Shown in pieces: positions 12,161 through 26,545 of a stretch of 64,000 nucleotides of DNA. A model generated the notes under the pieces. The model searched no databases. It had not been told where the DNA came from and saw only the letters and a list, made by a program, of their open reading frames with translations. Made by a program: the position numbers and the translations under genes. This stretch comes from Octopus vulgaris (Eukaryota), in assembly GCA_951406725.2 (NCBI GenBank), contig OX597831.1, positions 60,822,001-60,886,000 on the forward strand, written 5' to 3'. Within the stretch, counting starts at the first letter, position 1. The number at the start of each line of letters is the position of its first letter.

Positions 12161-12744
12161 CGCACATATCATATGCAGCCCAATTATACTCGTAGACTTA
12201 TGCAATTATAATCGTGTGTGTGCACCTCTGAGCAGGTATTGTTGAGCGTTTTTGTAAGACGTCTCTATAATTATACTTCTATTCACGTACATTTAGATGC
12301 ATACGGGCATGTAGGAGTACAATCGTACGTTTACACATGCGCCTGCCTTTCTATGTGCATACATTTTACTTGAACTTATATTTTTCTGCCGCCATCTCAG
12401 TTTTGTGTTTCACTTCATATAACCAACTGCGAATATTAATTGTGAAACACTACTTCTTGATACACCTAACATTTCGGCTGTTTTCGTTACGCTAGCGTCT
12501 GCCATACGATCACCAACAACTTGACATCTTTGAACGTCCAAAAGGTGTGTCATTTTAATGAATTTTAATTACCTACTGATGATATCTCAAATGAAATAGA
12601 CATTGTAGGAAAAGATATTAAGCAACATTAATAATAAATAAAAAAAACATGAAAAAACCAGCTTTTGACGGTCTTATAGATATTTCAAAATTATGATGCC
12701 ATGCTTCTTAGATGTCTCCATTACTTTGTCCAATCGCAAAATGA

Positions 12745-13790
12745 AATAACAGAAATATTTAAGACTGAAACTAATCCTTAAGTCGATATTAAATAGACGG
12801 AATAAGATTGGAGCTATGAAAACCTGAGCGGTTTCACCCCTTATATATGGAGCAGGGGTAATCGTATGGAGGAACGAAATAGCTTACTTAGACAGAAAGA
12901 CAAGAAGTTACTGACTACACACGGGATACTCCACCCAAAAAGTGACACAGCCAGAATGCATGTATAAAGAAAAAGTGGGGGAGAGGAATAATTGGATGCG
13001 AACGCAGTATTAGAGCAGAAGAAAACAACATAGTATAGTATGTGAAAAATGCCAGAGAATTAGTGTTTTTGGATGTAAGAAGTTCAGGCTTGTGTACGAT
13101 GGAAGATTGAAAAGATAAATTACTGTACAAGCACTTGAAAATGAATAATACTGAAAATAGTTGGATAAAGAAAAGAACGCATGGACAATTTCATATGGTT
13201 GTTGAAGATAAGACAGACAGAGAAAAAAATTATGGCTATGGATGACTACAAGTGATTGAAAACCGGAAATGGGTGCCCTAATCTGTGTTGCGCATGAGCA
13301 AGCACTAAGAACGAATTACATCAAATACAGAATACACAACACATCAGAATGTGACGAGTGCAGAATCTGTGGGGAAAATTGTTGAAATTTCCAGTCAATA
13401 TACGCCACTAACCCAGTAGGAATATAAGAAACGTCATGACAATATAGCAAGGATTGTTCATTGGACACTTTCCAGCAAGTATGGACTTGACAGAGAAAAA
13501 AATTGTTACGAACATAAACTCGAAGGAATCATCGAAAATGATAATGCAAAGATCCTCAGGGATTTTATGATTCATGGTGTTAATTGAAAAAGAAAGCAAA
13601 CTATGCTGAATCATAGATATAGCATGCCAAGCCGTGAACAGGATACACGATAAGGAAGGAAGGGTAATCGATAGATATGACAGGTTAGCACGGGATGTTA
13701 ATCCGTTGTGGTCGCTGAAAATGGTGGTAGTAGTACGAATAACTGGTGAGTAACAAACTTGAGAAGTACATGAAACAAATACGGCTGACA
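12745..13790 (+). mobile_element. Dong/R4-type non-LTR retrotransposon 3' fragment
   Basis: LDRKTR.LLTTHGILHPKSD, GGRG, HGQF, EQALRTNY, CRICG, RHDNIARIVHW, ENDNAKIL.DF, IIDIAC (RT C-terminus, CCHC and RLE endonuclease), with stops and frameshifts. Confidence 0.85.
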
Positions 13791-13849
13791 CTTTCAAATA
13801 TACCCTGTAAAATAAGCTGTGAGTTTTCATATAAATAATAATAATTATT

Positions 13850-14620
13850 ATTATTTCTACTCTAGGTACAAGGCCTTGAAAATTTGGGTGGGGGGCGATT
13901 GTCGATAGCATCAACCCCAGTGCGTATCTAGTACTTATTTCACAACTCCAAAAGGATAAATGACAACGTCGAAATTTGAACTCGGGACGTAGTGGCAGGC
14001 GAATTACTGTAAGCATTTCGTCCAGCGTGCTAACGTTTCTCCCAGCTCGCCGGCTTTCCTTTATAATAATGACATTACTAATGACAAATGTATGTGTGAG
14101 TGTGGGCGCGCGCGTTTGGGTTGGTGGTGTAGATGTATATGTATTTCTTTACTGCCCACAAGGGGTTAAACACAGCGGGGACAAACAAGGACAGACAAAC
14201 GGATTAAGTCGATTACATCGACCTCAGTGCGTAACTGGTACTTAATTTATCGACTCCGAAAGGATGAAAGGCAAAGTCGACCCGGGCGGAATTTGAACTC
14301 AGAACGTAGCGGCAGACGAAATATTGCTAAGCATTTCGCCCGACGTGCTAACGATTCTGCCAGCTCGCCGCCTTTAAAAAAGTGGATATTATTTCTTTAT
14401 TGCCCACAAGGGGCTAAACATAGAGGGTACAAACAAGGACAGACAAATGGATTAAGTCGATGACATCGACCCCAGTGCGTAACTGGTACTTAATTTATCG
14501 ACCCCGAAAGGATGAAAGACAAAGTCGACTTCGGCGGAATTTGAACACAGAACATAACGACAGACGAAATACCGCTAAGCACTTCGCCCGGCGTGCTAAC
14601 GTTACAGCCAGCTCGCCGGC
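13850..14620 (-). mobile_element. Three tandem family-A SINE copies
   Basis: Heads (ccagctcgcc) at about 14050, 14368 and 14617; shared cgaaaggatgaaaggcaaagtcgac and atttgaactc (B-box reverse complement). Confidence 0.9.
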
Positions 14621-15624
14621 TTTACTTTATAACAATGACATTAATAATGACAAATGTGTACGTATGTGTGTGTGAGTGTGCGCGCGAGTGGGTATGTGTA
14701 GATGTATATGGTTAACTCATTACAGTAGAAAGATACAAACATTTTGTCAGGCACATATTTATAGGAAAATAACTGGAGCAAACTTGTATATGTGAACTTA
14801 TGTACATAGAAATAAATATGTTTGTTGCTTGCACCTAAAAATGCAGAAATTATGGTTGTGTGTAGAATTGCTGGTGAATATCATACTAACACGTCTTGTG
14901 TGTACAATTGCATACTACAATCGGTCATTTCAACATGAAACCGAGAATTATTTAGATGTCTCTGATTCAAGCAGTTATTAAATGAATAATATTCTACATC
15001 AACTGTTATGTTTGGTGGGGAGGTATGGAAGAGGGTAAGATCAAATCTCCCAGGTACTGTTCGATAAAGAAATGTGCAGTTAAGCGGAGAAAATTTCTTT
15101 TCGGTTCCTAGAATTAGATATTCGGTAAAAACATAGTATGAATATAGAAGCGTATCTTATTTCATTTCTGTAGCTTGAAAATATAGATCTTCAGTATTGT
15201 GAAATGACCTCTGTTCTGCCATTGATATCAATAAGTGTTTGCCAATAACTAACGTATTTCTATTCATCATTGTTTCAATTTAGTTTCCGCTAGAGGAGAA
15301 TTTAACTATTTGTAAAGTTTATTGTTTAACATAAGTATCTTACGCTAATTACACACGCGTTTGCTGTCATCTGGTTCGACTGTCATTGTGTTCAGTCAGC
15401 TTTAAATTCCGTGAACAACCAAGGCAAGATAGAGATTGGTTTCTATGGTAGTATCTAACCGAAACACTATCACTACAAAAACATCGTTTTTGCTTTCATT
15501 TAAATATCATAAGCGATCGCATTTATTTTGTATGTGTGTCCCTTCAGCATTTTACAACACATTTCAGGCTCTTGCTTTCATTCATGAAATTACTGCAACC
15601 AACATTTAGCTTGAAAAACCAGCT

Positions 15625-16045
15625 GGATCTTTTCGGTTTTAAAGGCATTTTTTTTTTCTAGCGGCGTCATATGAAATTGTCACCCATAATTATGACCCTA
15701 GTATCGATCTATTGCATTTCAATCTGTTTTAGGGTTAGGGTTAGTCAGGGAAGGGTATCTTTTTTTCTTCACAAATGTAAATAAACCCAATCTGTTTCTT
15801 ATACGAGGGACATATTCATACGACACAGAATGTTTTTTTTTTACCTCAGTACACGTCACTGATTGGTTGAAATTGCAGAAATTGAAGAAAAAAACCCAGC
15901 AAATATCTTACAAACTATAGAATTTTCTCAATAAAGCCAAGAGAAAAAGATGTTTTATAAACACATTCTACCAGTATACGACGTTTAAAATGTTTTAGAT
16001 ACCTAGAAATTATGTTAAAAACTGCCGTTCAAACTGAAAAGATCC
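15625..16045. mobile_element. MITE with about 28-bp TIRs, 8-bp TSD and internal (TTAGGG)n
   Basis: TIRs ggatcttttcggtttt.aaggca / tgccgttcaaactgaaaagatcc; TSD aaccagct at 15617-24 and 16046-53. Confidence 0.9.
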
Positions 16046-16920
16046 AACCAGCTTGCTAATGCTCTATTAATGATAAGAGTTTGTTCGATATCTACATCTG
16101 TATCAAACGGTGATATGTCGGACGTTGAATAATGGGAAAGCTGTGAGTGCGACGCATTTGAGAGTAAGATATTATTTCTAGTGGGAATGAATATATACGA
16201 AGTGTTACTTCGTGTTCCAAGAAGCCTATAGCAAAGTATATTGAATCTGTATGCAATGTCAACTAAGATATTCTTGTTTACCTTATGGAATGAAATCTGT
16301 ACGTGTCTCCAAGACAATAGACGACGTTCACCGTGAAACACGCCATGCTACAATGCACGAACACCTTTCCTTCAATCTCTGTGAAAATTGACATCTTGAT
16401 ACTCGTACGTGATATTAAAAGAAAAATTAAAGTTGTCTCATGTGCTGCAGATTTTGAACCCTGTCTCTTGATAGATGGATAAGGAAAAAGATGCATGTGG
16501 CAAAATTCTCAGGAGCAAATTAGGTATTTGAATGCTAAGGAATAGTTTCTGAAAAATGCATGAAAACAAACTAAAGAAACATGTAAGATTACGCTGTCGA
16601 AATCATAGCACTTCTCAATAGGACGATGTTGTTTCAATATGACGATCTTGTTATAAAATTTGATAGAACTATCTTGTTATAGAAACACTATTCTATGATG
16701 TGCATATACTTTAATAATTCTGAACTGTAAATAAAAAAAGTTAAAGAATACTTCAGTTAATAGAAGTAATGTTAACGTTACCTATGTGAACTAAAGAGTA
16801 ACACATAAAACCCGTTTCAGAACAGTCTGTACATGCGCAAAAATAACAGTAACTGAATATAGACGAGAAAGGCAATGGTTTTGAAATCCAGACTCAAATA
16901 ACATTGAGTAGATGTATATT

Positions 16921-17115
16921 CTTACGTCCGCCTTCGCCAAGGTGGAGGAATTGTTTTCAGTCACGTTTGTTTGTTTGTCCGTACGCAAGATATCTCAAGA
17001 ACCGCTGGATAGATTCGGATGAAGCTTTCAGGAATGTTTGGCCCCATTACTGGCCCAAATTGATTAGGTTTTGGGATTGATCCGGTAGAGGACAAGGATT
17101 CTTGATTATTTTTCA
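16921..17115 (+). mobile_element. DINE-1/HINE-like (Helentron-associated) fragment
   Basis: tccgccttcgccaaggtggagg hairpin, (GTTT)n-GTCC tract and gatatctcaagaaccgctggatagattcggatgaa core. Confidence 0.55.
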
Positions 17116-17233
17116 TGCTTTTTGATATTGGAGTATAGACATGTATATACATAAATATGTATCTCGTCACACACACACATATATATGTCGTTTGTGTACG
17201 TTCAAAAAGGTGTAAATGCCATGGTAAGGACAC

Positions 17234-17271
<38 letters not shown>

Positions 17272-17427
17272 TATATATACATATAGCGACCTCGAACCCA
17301 CAAGAGTAAACAAGAGAGACAGAGACAGGTAGACAGGAGGAAAATGTCACTTGTATTTTGAACACTATACAAATATTCTTTTAAAAAACTTTCTTGTTAA
17401 TTTTTTCTAAATTTAATCATTTAATTG

Positions 17428-17468
17428 TTACAGTTGAAAAACTCTCAATGACTGAAACCGGTACTGAA
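17428..17468 (+). ncRNA. Degenerate minimal hammerhead remnant
   Basis: cag-ttgaaaa-actc-tcaat-gact-GAAA-ccgg-UA-ctg; core mutated. Confidence 0.4.
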
Positions 17469-17513
17469 ATATTTTTTATAAAATTAGTTTAGCATTTTCA
17501 ATCTTGACTTTTT

Positions 17514-17611
<98 letters not shown>

Positions 17612-17694
17612 TGACAAGGACTGATGAATTTTTGACAGAATTGAAACCGATGACAACATCAGTAGGGCAAATACAGTAAAAAAAATGTGTGTAT

Positions 17695-17734
<40 letters not shown>

Positions 17735-19389
17735 TGTTGTTGGAGAGGAGTAGCTGATACATATCTATGTATAGAGGTATACAGTGCGACAGCAAGAGTG
17801 TCTGAAATTATAACAGTATGTATGTTCTAACATAGCAACATTGAAGAAAATGTTGTTTCCTTTTTGCAAATAAAAATACTTTTTTCCTGTTCCTGTGTTA
17901 TCACTTATGAAATATATTTAATATATCATTGATTAACGTATCATTTTGCTTCAATAAATATATTCTATTGATGTTACACTTTTAATTTAATGAAGCAGAA
18001 AATTCTTTTACACATCAGTTACGTTTTAATAAAATGAAACGGTTCTTTAAATATTGCACAAAAAATATTGAATTGAAGGAAAATCCGGAAGCACTAAGAA
18101 TTTATATACACGACACATATACTGGGTTTGATGTAGCTTGTCTCAACAGTTGTAGATTCATTCTACTTATGAATTTCAAAACAATTTTAACATACTTTGA
18201 AACTCAACAACTATTAAATTTTTATTTCAAAAACATCCTGCGCTTAAAGTATGTTCAACAATTTATTTAAAGGATAAGTAACTTAAACGCACTTCTATTG
18301 GTACAAGACATGTAATTTTAGAAAGAAGGGATGTGTTATATATATAATTTTTATTTCTGCAAGTTGTAATTATTTTTCATTTTAATCTCATTTTTCAAAT
18401 TAGAAGGATCTCCTTTTAAATAATTCTGGTGTCCAAGCGTTCGAAAGTATGGTCGCAGGAAACAAATGTGTTCGAGGATCAGACTGCCGTATCCTCCCTG
18501 AGAAATTATGCCTCAGAGACGAAAAAATATATTATGTATTTTTAATATTTTATTTTTGTAATATACTTTATACTATAGTAACTATAATAACTATAACATT
18601 TAAACTATAATAATTGGGATTTGTGTTTGATTACAAATGCTTTAAGATTTGTATTTGTTACTGTACTTCATTGCCGACGAGATTATGTTGCCTCTTCTTG
18701 CCTACGAGGGAGGGCTATGAAGGCATCATAGGCTAACTATGAAGGAGTAGTGCTGTGAAATCTTGAATGTATTCATTTCAAACCTTAATAATTGCATTGT
18801 TTTCCTTTTCAGGTAAACTTATATCTGAGTATTCAAAGAAAATTTCAGAAGTAACTGGTAGCCCCTTCTTTTGAAAATCGACAACATTTGTCATTGTGGT
18901 GTTATCACGTACCTGCAGAAAAACTGTTTAGCCCCCAACAACATTCATACTGACAATGCTGCTATATTAAGGGATGACGCTCCCAAGTTCATCAACAGTG
19001 CAGAAATAGGCAGCTGAATTCTGTATTAATATTTGTATTATCATGTTCAAGGCTTGAACAGGATAATACAAATATAACCGACGGGTATATAATAGGATTT
19101 TTGGATATTCCGTGACGTAAGCATTTTAGCGAGTATGTTGTACAGTCAATTGAGTTAATCTAATTACATGCCTGCTTCATATTATTTCACTGGTCTGTGG
19201 ACGCGACTCGCTATGTAACTGAATGATGCTGCTTCCTGTACAAACATATAACACTATTTGATGCTGATATTATCCAACTCAGTCTACATAGAACAGAGTT
19301 ATAATGAACGGCGTTTCAATTGAAATCGTTTTCGAAGCTAAAGAAAGTATAGTCAAACCATCCTATCTGTTTCTTTTTCTCTTGCCATT

Positions 19390-19390
<1 letters not shown>

Positions 19391-19479
<89 letters not shown>

Positions 19480-19498
19480 TCATTATTATCATTATTAT
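19391..19498. repeat. (ATT)n microsatellite
   Basis: Directly visible. Confidence 0.98.
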
Positions 19499-20802
19499 TT
19501 TGAGGTACCTAAGACTGGTGGAGAAAAAAGAAATTTATCCTCAAGCTGGTTAACTGACTCCAGCGTTTGCATAATTGTGGGCAGTTAAAGGTATTGAAAA
19601 GTCACCATTTATTCTACAGCCTCAAACGAGAAGTGAGCCTTCAGATGGATTATCTCACAGCTTTTGTCCAAAAAGACTGTACCAAGATAAAAAATGGTAG
19701 CAGAACTTTACTCTTCGGATGAAACCCAAATCAGTTTACTTGCGAAGTGAACTTCGTAGGCAATTAGTTCCACTGCAGAAGACGTATAGTCTTATTTAGC
19801 TGATGCAGGCAATCACACTTACTAGATTGGCCCGCTATACACTCAGAGCAGAAGCAATAACAACATGTTTGGAAGCCACGATATACCGTCTTAAAACTGA
19901 CAGTGTTGTATAGTACAAGGCATTCTAATCTTGAGAAAAATAAGGAAAGTTTTATGGATGTTATTCTTCTCTCTCGATGTAAACTGTGAAAACAAAATTG
20001 CCTAGATTTCTATACGAGCTTTAAGATTAATTTAGTATTCAAGGACATACAATGCTGAATAGTTGCTTTAATTGTTCTGCTGCGTATCCTGTCAGCCACA
20101 GCTTGTTTTTTCTATCACGTTCGACCTCTTATGGTGAAGATATATATTAGTCATAGAATTCATGGAATCGATTCACTAGTACTTTGTAAAGTCTCTTTGT
20201 TATTTCGGGATGACAGTTGCTGTGTTTTAGTTAAAGTTTCGGAGATTATTTATGTTAAACTGATTGAGACCCGAGAGGAAGAGTAAATGAGGAGCGAGAG
20301 AGAGAGAGGAGAGAGAGAAAAAGAAAAGGAGAGTTGAAAAGAGAGAGACTGTCAAAGAAATAGCAAGAAAAGAACACGATCTAGAAGGGGACAGAAAATA
20401 AGGGAAATAAAGTGGAACTACCAAGAGGGAGTTAGCGCAAGTGGGAGAGTGGGGTAACAGCAGGAAAGCTGATAGCACTGAGAAGTTAAACCAAAAATAA
20501 CTGAAGTTTGTGAGATTTCAGTGATCGATAAATTTGTGAAAGGTTCATTTGAATAAGTATATAGACTTGTATTCGATTGCGCATATACCTGATATTATGA
20601 GCTTATATTCTCGTTGAGAGATGGCTGCTGAATGATGGATAGAATGGATAGATTTCACTTCGAAATCCTAGCTGCGCTCATTTTGTTTGCTTGTGCGCAT
20701 GCGTGTTAGTCAATGTGTGTGTGTGTACATACATGTATGTATGTATGTATGTATGAATGAATGCAAGCATGCATGTAAGTGTGTGTATGCATGTGTGTGT
20801 GC

Positions 20803-20839
<37 letters not shown>

Positions 20840-21062
20840 TAAATTAGAGACAAAACCACTATTAGGCAAATCAAGTTTGGATTTATTCCCTAATATTTAT
20901 TACATATATATATATATATATATACGTATGTATATATATATATATATGTATGTATTATTCTGCATATTCATATGTTTGTGTTTTTGTACGTCCGTGTTTG
21001 TGTGCTTTTACGTGTGTGTGTTTGCTTGTGTATGTGTGTTTGCTTGTGTATGTGTGTATACT

Positions 21063-21410
21063 CTTTGAGAATACCATATGCACCAATGATAACTGCATGG
21101 TATGTAGGATTAACCCTGGCGTTAAATGTAGAACTAGAAATGTGGTCTACAGCATCAGATGCATAGAAGGTGCTTGTAAAGACATGAACAGACATGCATA
21201 GAGAAGACATCTAGGAGAATTGCGGAAAGGCTAACTGAATATTTGAGACAATATGACGACAAAAAAGCCCTCCATACTCTACCAATATACCATGTAGCAA
21301 CCTCGGTCAACATGACATCTGCATTTTATGCAAGTACCCAAATAATCCAACCTTCATGAGTATGTCATCATAAATGAAACATTCGCAGTACTAAATAGGA
21401 AATGTACGTA
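21063..21410 (+). mobile_element. PLE-type GIY-YIG endonuclease fragment (third lineage)
   Basis: CTNDNCMVCR..KCRTRNVVYSIRCIEGAC, then frameshifted I.KTSRRIAERLTEY. Confidence 0.7.
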
Positions 21411-24400
21411 GTAGGTAATCATACCCCCACATCCACAGTTTAATTTTATATACTTCACACAAGGACGCAATTTTTAGATTTTTTTTAGTTCAACTTGCTA
21501 TTATTGTTCGATTTGTATTGTTCAACTTTTGCTGTTATCGCGTTTTTGAAACACTTTTCTTATTGTATTGTGGCAGAACTGTTAACTTTTTTCCCCTTGT
21601 TTGAAGGAGGAAATTTTTGTGTGTGTGTCAAAATGATATGCTCAAGCATAAGTTCATCTGACGTCGACTCTTCTGAGGAAGAGTTCCCTAAATAGACACG
21701 CCATTTCACCGATAAGTCGGGAGGAGCGGACATAGTTTTCAGCCAATTTTGAACTCCAAATGTATTTTATAGATCATGAAATATGCAACCTTTAAAGTAT
21801 TTTGCAAAGAAATTAGAATGCCCTTTATGCGGGATATGTTAGGCGAAGATAAATAAATATCTTTTATCCTGGCTTCTATATGACATTATCTCTGTATCTT
21901 AGAAAAAAATATAAAACATTCTTATGCATCAATTTCACTTGCAATAGCAACACCTACGCTTCACTAAAATGGCAAATGTATCATCAAATTACTTTGATTT
22001 CCCTTTGTTTCTTTGTTTTAACTTTGTTTCCATTATTACCTCTGTTGCCATTGGTCTCGTGTCCATTTATTTTTCCACCGGTAAGCATATAGTCTTGTGT
22101 TATTTGGGAAGGAAATAGTTTACTAAGTTCTAAATTGGTGAACATGCTGCTACTATTTTTATCTGCCAGCTTGTACTCTGGATGATATATGCATGTTATT
22201 TCTAGAGTGTGGAATTGCAGAAGCTGCTTCAGTGACATCTTTTAAGTTCATCTGGTGTTTCCGACTGGATGTGGACGTCACTGGTTTGCAAGTTTATTTT
22301 AAAATATGAGGTTATATCGTCATGAATGATACTTCTGTGTCAAACTAGTTCCAGATGAAAACATATATTTTCTCCCTGTGAGTACCACAATTAAGAGAAC
22401 AATAGCTACAATTCATAGTATAAACTTACGGTCTCAGTACAGGAATAGGAAACACTTTACTTTTGGACTACATACTACAAAGCTTTTATACTTCATCGCC
22501 TTACAATCCAATTCTATACTTTTATTTCACATATCCTTATCAAACACGATTTTGTTACATCATTTTTACTATTTTACATAATAGTCAAAAAATTAGAGAG
22601 ATTCCCACAGGCATATATTTCCCGATCTCTTAAATCCCCTACAGTTTGCCCCTAACCGTTCTCTGATTTGATGTTTTACAACGAAATTATCTTCTCTAAG
22701 CTATAAACTTCGTACTTGTTAGTGATTCTTAATATCAGACTTAAAAAATCTGCCCCTACACTCTGAAATACCCATACCTTTAAGAATTTACCCACATTTA
22801 ATGAAGAAATAATTTACCAAAATTAGGTGTGGTGGGGAAACGTTATCAAAGCGACAGTCTTTTCTGCGAAGGCCATCTAATTAAATTCAATTTCCTTTAG
22901 AAGATTATATGAATATTTATTGTCACATAGGAAGGTGAGGGAAAACGTAGAAGGTAAGGCAAAGAATGAACACTTTTCAAGCATTTTAGTTTATCTATCT
23001 CTTACCATAGCACTTTTGAAGACCTTCACCCGGAATTCAACTAGACATAGCAAATCTTGTGAACGTTATTTTTTTTTAATGCATATATCTGTCGAAAATA
23101 AAAGTCAGATTTCAGAAGTTGCTTGCTTCCAAATATAATGAAATCATAGAAACTGAATTGATAATCAAGTTTATTAAACTTAACTTCAGACTGTACTCAT
23201 TATTCTAGTATACAAATATTAGTTTACAGTTGGTCGTTTAACAACTATGTGTTTGTTACATTTCTGGTTTACTTTGGTTAAATTTGAAATGGTAGTTTTC
23301 TGCCATCGTTTGATACGCAGATTTGTCTTAACAAAGAAATATACTATGCCACACACATAGCAATAAGAAATCTGCTTGATTAGTTTTTGCAATTAATAAG
23401 GAAAGAGTTGACATACATGACCACAAATAAGTTTCAATGAAATTAATTTGCAAATATTGCCGAACAGCAATATTATGTGAACTTTATTAATTTATGATAA
23501 CGAGCAAAAAATAAATGAGAAAACAAGGAGGCCTCACAACATACTAAGAAATCTTCACTTAGTTCTTAGAATTCCTTGAGTTGTGGTTTGTTTTTATAAC
23601 AATTTTGTATGGCATCTCTTTATGAGATTCTACCATCAATTAATGACCTTAACGTCTTAATTCTTTCTTAATAATTACCTTCCAGAAGCCAAAATATAGT
23701 TAATTCATTAAATTATATTCTATTTCTACTTTCAATATGTAAAATCAAAATAGCTTAACTTTTGAAATCGTAACATTTGCTTTTTATTCTATATCAAGCG
23801 AAGGCAAAATATATCAGCAATTTTTAAATTTGCAACATAAGAATTTTATGGTATCTTCCATTCATTGAAAAACATTGTTACGAACTGCATATTTCCAAAG
23901 AACCAGTGTCAGGTGTACTTTATTTTTTGCAGTGAAAATATCAAATGAAAGGGAACTTAAATAAGATTAAGTGAGTTTGGAAAAGATTTTACAACGATAT
24001 GCTTTAACAAAAGATTAACAAGCAAACATAAATGTGCACACACAAGTGTATACACACACGCAAGCATATACTATGTGTGAGCTTGTACAGTGCTGTGATG
24101 GCGTAGAAAGATACATTTTGAACTTTATGATTCATATCTCAGTAACAAAATAGCTAATCTAAGGATGATCAAACATTTTAAGTTATGTAAAAGTGTTGCT
24201 GTATGAAAGTAAGATGATTATAGAGCCTCGGCAAGCGAATTCAAACAAAAAGAATATATAAAAGAAAACAGTAATAGGATGAGAAAAGAGAGCGAGCAAA
24301 AGTAAACTGGAAACTAGAAAGAACAGCAAGAAAACAGAAATGAAAGTGGGAATAGATTGGTAACAGAGAGAGAAAACGCCCCTGATAAATAAGCTTCAGA

Positions 24401-26162
24401 AATGTAGTACTAAAATTAGTTTAGTAATGAGAGCCAATAAATTATTAACGCAGACAATTATAAATTAATTCATAGGGAATCGCACATATATGCCAGCATA
24501 ATTATATATGTATATGAAATTCTAGATTTCGGTGAAAAAATGTAAACGTTTTGTAAATGTTCGATGTCTTAACACTCGAACAATTAGTAGACACATGAAT
24601 GCTTTCAAGCACATTCCTCAAAATGAAGTTTGATTATTGAAGATATGCTACTTGATGTTTCAAATCTACGCAATATTCTTTCAATGACCAGATATAACTG
24701 CACAATTGTGTTGCGTACCTCTTTTCCATATGCTTCCCAGGAAAATGCTTCACTGAAATATCTTGTTTATATTGACCTTTCCCGTAATTAAATAGTATTT
24801 CCGGATTACCTCAGGGTGTGTTTCTTGTGCATGTGGTTACCACAATATATGTAATCGCTTCAGCATTATATAATTGGCATGAGGTTCCTATTATATTTGC
24901 ATCTGCAAATGGCATCAATTAATTTACAGATGTTAGAAATAAATAAATATGATCGTTCTATAAATAATACAACCGCAATTATATTTGATACACTTTATGC
25001 ATTGTTAGTAGAGAAAGGAAATACTGTTAAGATAAATTCAAGCATGACTATTTCAACCATGTCTTTAGGTTCAAAAATATCAAAGAGAAGAATGTAATAA
25101 AATTATTCCTTTAAAAAGAGAAATTTCGTAACAATACCAAGTCATAAGCAATTAGAATAGTTTGGTTTACGAAATAACCTAATAAGATTTTAATGATATT
25201 ACACCGTGTAACAAAAGTTTCATTTACATTTTTGGCCTGTGGTCAGAAAGTGTTATTTACTATTTGCTTCTATTTAGAAATCAAAAGAAATGAGTACTAT
25301 TCCCTTTGGTGAACTGGACAACAAGGTTTTGAGACTGACTTATTTTCCATTACATTTCAAACAGATTCAGCACCGAATTGCTGAAGTAGAAATACGGTTA
25401 TAGCAAATTTTCTGCCCAATACTACATATTTGCTTGTCAGTTGCTTGACCTTTACGACTTGAACACGTCTGTTAGTCGCAGACAATATGTGTATCTCTGA
25501 TCTTGGACAGGAGCAGTGTGGGAGCATTACAGGTATGAGTTGAGTGGGATTCTTTTGGGGTTTGAAAGAAATATTAACCCTTTTTCATGCTTTTTAAGGA
25601 TAAACAAATAGGAAATGACAGTTACTACACAGAACAAAGCTCGTGTTATACAGTGAGATACAGTAGAAAGTGCGTTGATGAATTTAACAAAATAAATATT
25701 ATTCTACTAATATTTTTGATAAGTTTTCAAAAGACAATTAGGGAATCTAAATGTTATAAATTTTTGGCTGAGTTTGCTTTAAATTTGCTGCTGAATTGCT
25801 GGTTATACCATAGAAATTAGCAATGAGACATTTGTGTGTAATGGGTGTTTTTATTCCAAATGTTCTAATGATATGCAGAAGGGTTTTATATGAATATACC
25901 TTAACTATATTATTTGGGATAATTGAATATATCGCCAGCGCCTGATTACTTTAAAATCTGAAATCTAAATTTGTAAATTTGATGTCAGTTGCTTCTAAGA
26001 TATATATTCCTTCAACATATCATATCTCAGAGGTATCCTACGATATCCCCGGAAACTCTAAGAGCATACAGATAAGAACATTTTAAATAAACATAGATAT
26101 AAAAATGGCACAATAGGAACAATGAAAATTCTATTACTGCTTCAGTATTGATATAAAAAAAT

Positions 26163-26545
26163 CTGGCTGTGTGGTAAGTAGCTTGCTTACTAACCACATG
26201 GTTCCAGCTTCAGTCCCAGTGCGTGGCATCTTGGGCAAGTGTCTTCTACTATAGCCTCGGGCCTACCAAAGCCTTGTGAGTGGATTTGGTAGACGGAAAA
26301 TGAAATAATCCCGTCGTATATATGTATATATATATGTGTGTGCGTGTATGTTTGCTTGACAACCGATGCTGGTGTGTTTATGTCCCCGTCACTCAGCGGT
26401 TCAGCAAAAGAGACCGATAGAGTAAGCACTGGGCTTACAAAGAATAAGTCCTGGGGGTCGAGTTGCTCGACTAAAGGCGGTGCTCCAGCATGGCCACAGT
26501 CAAATGACTGAAACAAGTAAAAGAGTAAAAGAGAGTAAGAGTAAA
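26163..26545 (+). mobile_element. Full-length tRNA-derived CORE-SINE (OR2-like)
   Basis: A-box tggctgtgtgg, B-box-like ggttccagcttcagtccc, CORE cttgggcaagtgtc, central microsatellite and (gtaaaaga)n tail. Confidence 0.88.

Noticed and set aside
21984-22440. Minus-strand host exon
   Set aside because: Stops occur in the frames tried and no recognisable domain was found.
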